Part shown: piece by piece, positions 1-11,200 of the stretch | Layout: every line of letters begins with the position of its first letter | How positions within the stretch are numbered: position 1 is the stretch's first letter | NCBI GenBank assembly: GCA_030141605.1 | Contig: JAQGDQ010000263.1 | Location: 116,502 to 180,501 of the forward strand | Direction: 5' to 3' | Length of the DNA stretch: 64,000 bases | Source of the DNA: Tubiluchus corallicola | Taxonomy: Eukaryota; Animalia; Priapulida | Translations under genes and position numbers: made by a program | The notes under the pieces: generated by a model | The model's input: only the letters and a program-made list of their open reading frames with translations | Database searches by the model: none | What the model was told of the DNA's origin: nothing

Positions 1-1450
1 ACAGTTCTCTTATAAAGTGCCACACAATGTATTTTTTACTGTACAAATACCAAATTTTACATGTTTTTGATGAACGTTTAAGAGAGATCAAGTTTGCATG
101 TCTATGCATTGGATCTGTTTTAGCCTAATAAAGAAAAGCTCTGATGTGCAACTCAGCTAAAGGTGTTAACTCTGCACCACTCTCATTTTTGTTGTTGTTG
201 CTCTTTCATCACACAATAAGCAGGTTTGCATCTGCTTAGCACTTGTCTGATATCTTGTGGACATGACATTGAACATAAAAGGCTTTTGTCAGGTAAAATT
301 TAGACAGCTGACAAGACAGTGAGAACTTTCACACTTTTGCAACAAGCAAGTCTAAATATGGAATACAAAGAGCTTTGCATCAGGATTAAACAAAAGACAT
401 TGTTGATCGTGAAATGTTTGCGTAAGAGACGCATTATCTAAAGGCGTTAGCTCAATAAAATTGATTTTGTGGCATGGGCAACAAGTGTAGTGTACTTAGT
501 TGACAAAGTTAAGCTACTGTGAGTTGCTATTATATAGAGGGGTGACTATTACAAAAGCTGCTTCAGAGCACGTCATCAGCCATGTAATATCATTCAGCCA
601 AGTAACAGCAACAATCAGTATGGCTAATGAAACCCCACCCCGGGGCGTGCGAAGGCAGTGAACACGTAAAAGTACTGTATACTATGTTTGTTACTATAAA
701 TTTGCTGTTCCTTGGAGGTTTATAAAATAAAAACTGGGTCTTACAAGTTTATTTGCTATAAATAGATAAATACTATAGTAAGGAATGTTTTTATTAATAG
801 ATAAATCATTAATCAGCAATAACTGTTCTGTTCTGTGTTCAGTGTTGCTGCTTGCTGAGGCCACTGGCTGTCTACTGTACTGCGGCCCGTTAATTACCGC
901 TTCCTATTGTGACGTCACAGCACTGGGTGTCATGGCACTGAGTAAAATTTTTAAGTGTTTAAAAAAGGAGTAAATAGTACTAACATGTAAATATTGATAA
1001 CATTATTTATTATTTATTCATGATACGCTAACTGTATCTATACTAAAATTATATAAATTTGTTATGTGTGTTTTTTGCCTCTATTGCTATAAGGTAATAG
1101 CTCTTTTTTGTGCTTTTGTATTTTGTTGTTGTTTTGTTGGATGTACGTAACTGTAATATAATGTATATGCCATTAATAATAACTTCATCAAATATCAGGT
1201 CCTGGCCAATGTGATCCTGGGCCTATAACTTGGCCCACTAGGCCCACACTAGTTTCTTTGGTTCACAAAGGTAAGCAGATTTAACTGTAGGCGTGCAGGA
1301 CCCGAATTTCGACTATTTGTAATGCTTTACGTTTGAATAACTTTTTTACAATTACACAACGATGTGAAAGGCTGAGTCTATAATGGAACGTCTTTTCAAA
1401 ATGCGTATTTAAACAGATGAAATTTAACTTTACGCTCTGTAATCAATAGT

Positions 1451-1993
1451 TTAAGGAAAACCGGATGATTGTGTAGAATAAAGAATGCTCTAAAATATTG
1501 AAAACTACAATAGCTTATTTTAAATCAAAGCTAAGATTAAATAATAATTACCTCGGATGCCCAAATTGTGTTAAGCTTTCGAAGCTACGCGCGACTCAGT
1601 GAACCTACTAAGATTGACAGCGGCGCCTTTTTGTCACATTCGCGTGGCCGACAAATAGAAGGCGGTACCGTGATAAGCATGATCGTGACCTGCAGTGTTA
1701 GTTTCTGACGTCATATGTCTAGAGCCCATTTTTCGTGACATCATGCGTTTAAACAGTAGTGTAACACTTATGCAAATGTGCTTGACGCGAAAGGGAAGAC
1801 GCCTATCATTGCACAAACTGTGGCTAGTTTCTGACGTAAGCAATAGCTGTGTTCGGTTGCCGTTAATTAACTTTCTAAGCTAATTATTCAAATATCAGGA
1901 ATAATTTTTAACTTTTATAGGCAAGAGAATGTATATTTTGGACAGTAAATTAAAATGAGATTGAGTCTAAACAATCGTCCGGTCTTCCTTTAA
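1451..1993. mobile_element. MITE family A, TTAA-flanked with purine termini (Kolobok-like), full copy
   Basis: Terminal inverted repeats ttaaggaaaaccggatgattgtgtaga / tctaaacaatcgtccggtcttcctttaa; near-identical inverted copies at 25078-25571 and 52318-52676. Confidence 0.85.
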
Positions 1994-2034
1994 TGAGAAC
2001 GCTGTAAAAACGACTTCCTTAAAATTTTATCTAG

Positions 2035-2223
2035 CGAAACCATGGCATTTTGGCAGAAAGTTGAGAAATTTAGAAATGAAACGGATTCAATACTCAACTC
2101 AATGGTAACTTGGTTGGGATCACAGTCCGAAGAGCTACAGTTTAGCCACCCGGAAGGATTTATTGAGAATCTGAAAGAATTCCGCTCTAATCTAAATAGA
2201 TCAATTAGTGACATTCTACACTG
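2035..2223 (+). CDS. NIT-GC exon A (NIT-like region)
   Basis: ttttatctag| acceptor, TG|gtaggt donor, phase 2-2; [26 protein letters not shown]...[18 protein letters not shown] fits the R..TD...W...F...L..FR pattern I recall from NIT-GCs. Confidence 0.78.
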
Positions 2224-5200
2224 GTAGGTAATGTTGCAGAAGAGTAAAATTATTAGGTTGGTTGTATAGTGGTAGTTTGAGTAATGGCAAAGCTAAAGGC
2301 TTTGATTAGGAAATAACACTTTTATTAAGTAACATCACAATATAATAAGATGAATAGCAATGCCAAAAGCCCCCTCATCTATGAGACGTCCTCTTCATGA
2401 GTCCCTAGTCTAAAAGCCCTGCGGCGGTTGGCTTCACAGCATCCCTGCCAGCTGCGTGCGCAGTCTGACAAAATGGGCAATTCCTTATTTGAGAGTCTGA
2501 GAAATGGGCAGTCACGTGACACCGCACCTTAATTTCCTTATTTGGGTTTGGCTTCATGAATACTCTTCTTAGCATAATTATCTGACATTTAACATATTTT
2601 AACAGGTTCTCTTTACTAGAAGGATATTTTGTTGTAGGATAGCAAAGTGTAAAAATCAATTGTAAATTCGATTGAAACTTCCTATTTGTGCATTATATCA
2701 CACATTCATCAAGTTCTTCCGTAATGTTATCAAGTGTGTCACATATTTGAGCAATTCAGCGCATTCTGTAATATTGTTTTGTGAAGTCGTCGCCATTTCA
2801 CAGCATGAATTTCAGAAGGATGCATGCTTCAGCGGAGACCGGGCAAGCTTTTCGGAGCCAATGAGTAGTTGTAGGTTTCGACAAATGGGTAACCCAAGAT
2901 TCCTCAATCGTGTTGTTGATTTTGTTATATATTACTAATAAACGAAATGTCGATACTTCAAACAATTTTGCAACACTCGAGAAAGTGCAACTGTTACACC
3001 ACAATCCTGGTGACGCAGAGCACGCGTGGATACGTGTGCTAGCTTAGTAAACACTGAACACCAGAATTTTTCTAGAACTAATAACTCCCGCTGATGTGCC
3101 TTCACGTTTCTTTGTGTGTTTGAATTTTAAAGTCCACTATCATCTTAAAATAACATACGAGCCAATTGGTGTTTTAAACAGCAAAAACCTCATTCAAATA
3201 GCAAAAAGAACAATTCATTTGACCAAATCACCAAATTAATAAACGCTAACTAACTGATATTTCAATTACTAAATTTCTGTAGGCAAATGCAGGCATTGCA
3301 AATCCAGTTTATCCACTATACTAGATTTAATGGATTGATGTCTTTGTGCCAAAACAGTTGCATTCAAAATGTATGTTTAAGCCTATTCCTGATTTATTTT
3401 TAATGACAGGTATACTAGTACCAGCAATAAACTACTAGAATTGATAAAGACAGGAACAGGTTGGAAGAAGACATGGGATACCTTTGCTGCTTTCAGCTTT
3501 TTACTTTTGAGTACAGATAACACTGGTACATGTTCATCACTAATGATTTTTGATGTTTTTTGTCGACACGATTCTGAGATTGGCTTCATAACGATAAAGC
3601 TATTGGTCTTTTTATTGAAACGCCTGCAACAATGTATAATAAGATATCCTAGTAAGCACCAAGAATTGCGCCAAAAAGATTTGATGATGGTGGTGATGGT
3701 TGTGGTGGTGGCGGTGGTGTTGGTGGTGGTGGTGGTGGTGGTAATGGTGGCGCTGGTGGTGGTAATTGTGGCGATGGTGGTGGTGGTGATGGTGGTGTTG
3801 GTGGTGGTGGTGTTGGTGACGGCGGCGGCGGCAGTGGTGGTGGTCTGATACTATTGTTGCTATTGATGCAGTTGCAAATACAATTTAATTTTTTATACGT
3901 ACTTCGCAGGTCTCATTCGTGCGTATGGTGGAATATTTTTCATAAAAGGCAATTTTACTCAAGAAGAACGAATAAACTTTACAGGTGTGTAGCCAACAAC
4001 ATTTATGACAACAAAAGCACAAAGAGTAGACAATAGTATAGATGAATTACATAACTTACTAAATAGACGCATTGTAAATTTTAAGTAACACTGTACAAAC
4101 CTCTTTATGTAAAAAACGAAACGTAGAGTGAAAAAACATTATGACCTATTTTAGGGATCATTGTAATTATGACATGATTTGTATACTTTATTACAGAAAT
4201 AACAGCTAGAGAGAAAATTCTGCGCAACCTAGCGTTTGAGTATTCATCAAAAATGCAAGAACAATACGAGCAAATGAACGAACGTCACACTGAGTTGTTC
4301 TCTCAACTGGACATACTAAGAAAACGGATTCACAGGAACGCAGAGGCCAGTCCCCATCCCGAGTTGGGGGAAGAATGGTTTGCCAAGATGACTTACTACA
4401 TTGATGACATTCTCGTTAAAATAAAAGAGTCTACCGCTGAAGACATTAATATTTTAGTTGAAAGGGAAATTGATCGCGCCAATACAAACTTCATTATATA
4501 TGATTGCATATTAGTGTTCATATTAGTTATCTCGCCTCTCAGTAGTGGTGTGTATGTACTATCACTGAAGCAGATGATGACAAAAGTGCAACTTTATACT
4601 AGAAACTTGTCAAACACAACTATAGAGCTAGAATGCGAGCGAATTGCAATGGAACGTTTACTGTATCAGATGTTACCACCCACGGTTGCTGAAACCTTGA
4701 AAGCGAACAAACCAGTAGAAGCAAAGCAGTATGCTTCAGTCACTATCCTATTCATGGATATAGTAGGATTTACATCGTTCTGTTCCAATTGTTCACCACT
4801 CCTGGTAGTGCACGTTCATTTTTTCAGTTTTTTTTTCACCGCAAACAATTCAAGCACTAGTATTAAAAGGTAGCGACGACAGTAGTATGCATTGTGCCGG
4901 ACTGCATGATTTAGGTACCCCGGGGAAATTTTTTTACTTATATTTTATTTTTCCCCTTCAAATAATGAGACTTTTCCAAACCCTAATCTGAGGGCTCTGG
5001 CCCTAACCCTAGCTGTTAACCCTAGCTCTAACCTTAACCCCCTCCAAATAATTAGGATTAGGGTTTGGAATGGTCTCATTATTTGAAGGGGGAAATAAAA
5101 AAATTCCCTGGGGGGTCAGTCACCAACCCCGGTCCCTAAATCATGCAGTCCGGCACAATGCACTCTACTGATGACTGTTTGGCAAGGACCTTGATTCTGG

Positions 5201-8200
5201 ATAGACAGACTGTTGTCCTTGTGTTTCTCCATATCGAACAACCTCACCTTCGCTAACGATGTCACTCTGTTTACTCAATCGATGGGTACAATCCCACGTG
5301 CTTTCAATGGAAGATGCCCTTGTCACTCGCCATCAGCTGAGCCAAGTCTGTGTCAGATTTTACACCACCCAGATCCCACATCCCAGTTGTAGAACTGACT
5401 TCGTCTACCTTGACTCGAAGGCTAGATTCGAACACATGTCCAAAACCGAAATTCAGAGATCATCAATCTAGTGAGGAGTGCCCTTTGGTCGATTGCTTTG
5501 GCCACCTGGTGAAACCGTGAGGGTCTGACCCAGCAATAAGATCTGCCTGACAAAGGAACTCCGTCTATTGGAATCCTGTATTGAAATCTTAGTTCTACTT
5601 TGCGGCAGCAAAATGTGGACTCTTTCCAGGAATGTCTTCAAGCGTTTGGACTCCTTCTGTTGAAGCCGTGTGCATTCCACTTCTTACTTGCGTCACCAAT
5701 GAAGATATGTGTCACTAGGAACACAACCATGACCATCATCACCTGGCAATGTCATCTGCATCTCTCTGGCCATCTGGCGTGTTTGAGAAGTCTGTCCGTG
5801 CCAGAAAGTCTTCTCCGCTGCCTTCCATTGATGAACTAATCCCATCCCCGGGTTGCCATAGGCCTTTCTCTTGGTTCGGCAGATGGCGTCTTGCCCTCTC
5901 ATGGACCTTGCCAGTCTCGCCCTCTCATGGACCTTGCCAATGACGAAGCTCCCATCCGTTGCCTGAGCGCCACAGTCACTTAGGTGACTATAAGCACAAA
6001 GAATTAGTAAAGTCTTGAATACCTAGCCAGATAAATCATCAGTCCAGCTTGTATGCAATACGTACATGAAAAAGCAGCAGATTAGAATAACATTGTTTTT
6101 GATGTTTCACCACTATATTATAGCCACTAGGGGGTATTCCATCCAATCCCTCAACACTCCTTGCAGAATCTTCAAACAAAACAGTGTTTATGGAAAAAGT
6201 GAACTGTCCAAGGCTTATCAGTGTCTCGATTGCAAATGGACTCGGGTTGTGTAAGCTTTTACATACTGCAGATACAGTCATAATTGCGCGACTGCATTTT
6301 TTTTGAACTTTTCCGTCAAAAAACTCATTGGTGAACAATGCCTTTTTTAAAAAATGTTTGCAATAAACTAAAGATATGGTTCGTTTTAGGTTGTTGACGT
6401 ATTAAATGTGCTGTATACTAAGCTAGATCGGATAGTAGACAAGTATGATGCTTACAAAGTTGAAACTATAGGTAAGTTAACTAAGTTATAACAAACTGTG
6501 TTAGACTTAGTTTATGTAAGTAAACAATGATACTAATTTACTATGATAAATGCATATTACTTACCCAAAGTTCTACTGGCAACATATTACTACATTCTAC
6601 TGTACAATATTAAACGTGACTACAGTAATTCAATTTTGCGCAAACTCGCGGATATATGGGTCAATTTTTCTTTTTCGTGACTAACTATGATGAACTCTTA
6701 AAGTCTTGGGTCTTCTTTACAGGTTTTTCACTAGTTTACAGGTTGAATTATTTCGTAAATTATTGAAAGGTGAACTAAATTGCTCTAATTTGTATAAGTT
6801 CATTAGCAGCAATATTTTTTGCTAATCTCTCTTGACTGACACCAGCCTAGTCCTACAGGTTGAAACTTCCTAAGCCCATGACACTATTAGTATAAATAAA
6901 CCTGACACAACTATACACCAATACCAGTCAATGTGTCAAATGCGTGTTGACAATATACACAGTCATGTGTTTATGAAAAATACTTTGACAGTCAATATGC
7001 TTTATGGTCTACGGTATTTTTGGTGTCAGGTTTTACAATCATGGAACTCAGACTGTACAGCTCTACGTACGTGCAGAGTCTGTATTTTTAATTAATTAAA
7101 TTTACAGGCGATGCGTACATGGTCGTAAGTGGCGCACCCAATCGAAACGGCAAAAGACATGCTAAAGTGATTGCTTGTCTAGCGCTTGAATTACGCGAAC
7201 GTACGGAAGACACTGTCACAACGTGTGATGGAAAGAGGCTCTTACTAAGGTTTGGAATCAATACAGGTAAATCCGTAGTTTTATCCTATAAAGACATGAA
7301 TAGTTTTAATTACACTGTACCGCATTCTGCATTTCTGGAGCACTGTCCGTTTACAGCTTCGGTTCCCAACCTGGGGTAGGCCTACTAGTATCCCTTGGGG
7401 GTACCAACGAACAGCACAAGGGGTACCCCGAGAAGCCTTTTAGGCAATTTTAAAAAAGTAGTGATATAATAATATGCAGGTGATTCAGACATCTTTGTTG
7501 TCTGTGTCAACAATTCGTGCTGTTTGGTCGAGGTATTGACCCCTGTCCACTGCAAAGCTTTCAGTGAACCCTTTCCTGTGTGAAGCAGGCTTTTCAACGA
7601 TGGTGACAATCAAGACAAAAGCCTGAAACCGCCTAGGCATCCTCGAAGACATGAGAGTCAATCTGTCGCATATTGAACCGCAATTCAAAAAGATAGTTTC
7701 TGCTGTGCAACAGAAGCCATCTCATTCAACTCTCATTTAGTGAACTTCATTTGAGCAATACGTATATAATAAAAATATTTATGACATTACCTCAGTCGTG
7801 GTTCTTCATTTTGGTTATTGCGTGCGAAAGGGTACCAGGAGATTAGGGGCACGTGGAAATCCAAAAGGTTGGGAACTAAAGGTTCATAGTAGTGATGTAA
7901 AAATTATCAAAGGAAATTAGAAAAGAAAACGATCTCACTTTATTTTGCTTCATAAATTTATAATGGTGCGTTATTACAGTTTACCCCATAGAAGTCAAGC
8001 GATTCATGTATTGCAAAACAACGCAAAGCATACAGAACTGATATTAGCATGTAAGCGGAGTCGGGAAATGATCGCATTCCTCCTACAGAAGAAACTGAAA
8101 CTGAATAGTTAAAAACCGACGAGGCCATGACAAAGAACATTTAATTTTGAGTAAAAAATGCTTACCACCTTAATATCTAGTAGTACCGCCATTTTGAGTT

Positions 8201-11200
8201 CAGAGGACCATGAATGGACAAGTGGCCTGATTAATGATGGTTTTACAATGGGTGTCATAACACATTTCTTGAAGGGACTTTTTTCGTTTTCGATTTCTGG
8301 CAATAAGAAGCGGAAAAAAGTTAAAAATAAATTAAATAGGAGATAGTATTGTAGCGTGGGCATTGTACATAGAGTCCATAGATATGCTCTTGTAAGCAGG
8401 AAAAAGATTTCTGTTCTTGCCAGAGGAGAGAGAGAGACGGTGTTTGGTGTCCGTCTGCTTGTTTTTGTCTGATGTTCTGGAAATTAATACAATTAGTGTT
8501 TATGACTAATTAGAGTTTGTTGGTGTTTGCTATTCAGCGTGGTTGTTGAATGGTCTGTCTAGAGAGCTTTGGTCCTGACAAATAGCAAGGTTGAAACAAC
8601 GTAGAGTTGTATCTTATATTATAATACGGAATTGAGTAACGACTACAGTTATAGACAGTCTGACGGCATGGCCGCGGGTAACAGTATAATGATTAAAGTA
8701 ATTAAAAAATGTGTTTACACCTACTTGTGATAACTTTGGTATAGTGGAGCAATAAGCCTTTTCACAGTTTCGTTGTGCGCACGCGCAATTGCTGTAGGTC
8801 AAAGGTTAAGTGTACTACAGTAACGCGTCGTCTTAACTACAACCGTCATGTGACATGTGGATTAAGTAAAGTCATCTGCAGAATCAGTTTGGAAACTTCA
8901 GTTGTTTTACGTGGACTTTACTTAATTATGCATTAGTCTGTGCACAGAGTGATTTACTATCAGGATTTGGCCTGGAAACGAGAAAAAATGAACTAAGTAA
9001 GATTCTAGCTACCCGTTAAAACTGCTACTATTACAATAGTATGGGCTGGGAAGCGTTTTCAAGTGTACACAAATGCGTTGTCTGCTACACTTAACTTTTG
9101 ACCTTTTCACCATCATCACCAATTGCTGGAACTGTGAAAAGGTTTATTATAGATATCATTTTTTCACTGTTTAGGCCCAGTTGTAGATGGTGTTGTAGGA
9201 ATAAAGATGCCACGTTATTGTCTTTTTGGCGAAACTATTACTATAGCCAATCAAATGCAATCAACTGGTAAAGGTAAAAAGAGTCTGATACCAAAAAATT
9301 TTGTTTTTGTTGATATTGTTTTTTTCTTATACCTAATTATACCTTTACTAGTAATTTCGTAGCGCATATAATTTTTAATTTATTAATTTAAGAAGGGTAG
9401 CTGACTCGATGACACAAAGGTCTTTCTCTTGCAACTTCTTAATCACTTGTTAACATATATTTTCTTCCTTTTATATATAAATTTATAAATTCTATATGTT
9501 TAATCAGTTGTGTATTTTATGTAAATGCCCACTATAAGAGATTAGTAAATATGTCTATGTCTATATCTAAGTCTATGTGTATGTATATGTCCATGTCCAT
9601 GTCTATGTCTAAGTCTATGTATATGTCTATGTTTATTTCTATGTCTATGTATATGTCCATGTCCATGTCTAAGTCTATGTATTAGTCTATGTTTATTTCT
9701 ATGTCTATGTCTAAGTCTATGTATATATCTATGTTTATTTCTATGTCTGTGTCTATGTCTATGTCTAAGTCTATGTATATATATCTATGTTTATTTCTAT
9801 GTCTGTGTCTATGTCTAAGTCTATGTATATATATCTATGTTTATTTCTATGTCTGTGTCTATGTCTGTCTATGTATATATATATCTATGTTTATTTCTAT
9901 GTCTGTGTCTATGTCTAAGTCTATGTATATATACTATGTTTATTTCTATGTCTGTGTCTATGTCTAAGTCTATCTATGTTTATTTCTATGTCTGTGTCTA
10001 TGTCTGTCTATGTATATATATATCTATGTTTATTTCTATGTCTGTGTCTATGTATATATACTATGTTTATTTCTATGTCTGTGTCTATGTCTAAGTCTAT
10101 GTATATATCTATGTTTATTTCTATGTCTGTGTCTATGTCTATGTCTATTATACCTTTGATTTAAATGTATTTGTGGAAAAGAAAACATCTCGAAATTTTA
10201 AAGAAACTTACCTGCAATTCCTTTTTTTGGGTGCATGCCTGATAGCCTGAGTAATAAATATGCTAAGCTTGGTTAAAATTATTGTCGTTGAAGGCTCGCA
10301 TCTACTTCATTATTCATTTGTTTAGCCACGTTAAGACGCCATTGTGTTGACATATTAAAAGAATTATCGTTATTTACATGTTGGTGATCGCACACAATTT
10401 GAAAATCACAGCACAATTTTTATCTGTGAGTTCATATCGTTTCTTAAAGTTTTTTAACCCTTTTTCAACTTCTGAGATCTAGAATATGAAATGCAAAAAA
10501 CGTCGGTGTTTCGACAAGTTGCTGCTCTTTTGTGGGATTGACTTCATTATTATTTAGTATAAAATATAAAGATTAGAACCATACTAGACAGCTCAGGTTG
10601 GTTTGATATGTCACCTACTTGAAGTGAGGTGTATTGAAACCTAAGTTTCCATTGGGAAAGGTTTTGTGAGACTTCATTTCGAAAGAGGACGATCGCTAAT
10701 ATTTGCAAAATTTTTGTGGAACTGATCATGGAAAGCATTAATTTTAGCAACTTTTTAACTAAAAGGGAAAGAAAAGAACCTACAATCTTAGCAATCTACA
10801 TCTTATGATAATTTTTGATGGAACAGTATTTGTTAGTATAGGTACGACTTAAAATGGCAACAAAATTTCGACGATCATTTTCTGAATATTTTTCCAATCC
10901 GGAATGAGATGCTTATTTTGTCTCACAGTTATGAAACAATTCAGAAACGTTATTTGTGTTAATTACATTCCTCCACGGCTAATAAGGTTGACCATTTATA
11001 AAGACAATGTAATGGCTTTGACTCAGTTACTGTTCTTACAGAAATTGGCAGACTGCCATGTATAAGCAAATCTTGGCAGACTGCCATGTACAGTATAACC
11101 AAATTTTGGCAGACTGCCATGTATAAGCAAATCTTGGCAGACTGCCATATACAGTATAACCAAATCTTGGCAGACTGCCATGTATAAGCAAATCTTGGCA

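Noticed and set aside
1199-1270. 72-nt AG/GT-bounded segment with strong donor (AAG|gtaagc) as the upstream coding exon of the cyclase
   Set aside because: Its only open frame is phase 1-1, incompatible with the phase-2 acceptor at 2035, and lacks the expected NIT motif; may be a UTR exon but unsupported.
1634-1883. Recurrent MLTSET... ORFs at 1.6, 25.2 and 52.5 kb as a small gene family
   Set aside because: They lie inside copies of MITE family A.
4980-5045. Interstitial telomere
   Set aside because: Only a few degenerate TAACCC units, located in the centre of a palindromic MITE.
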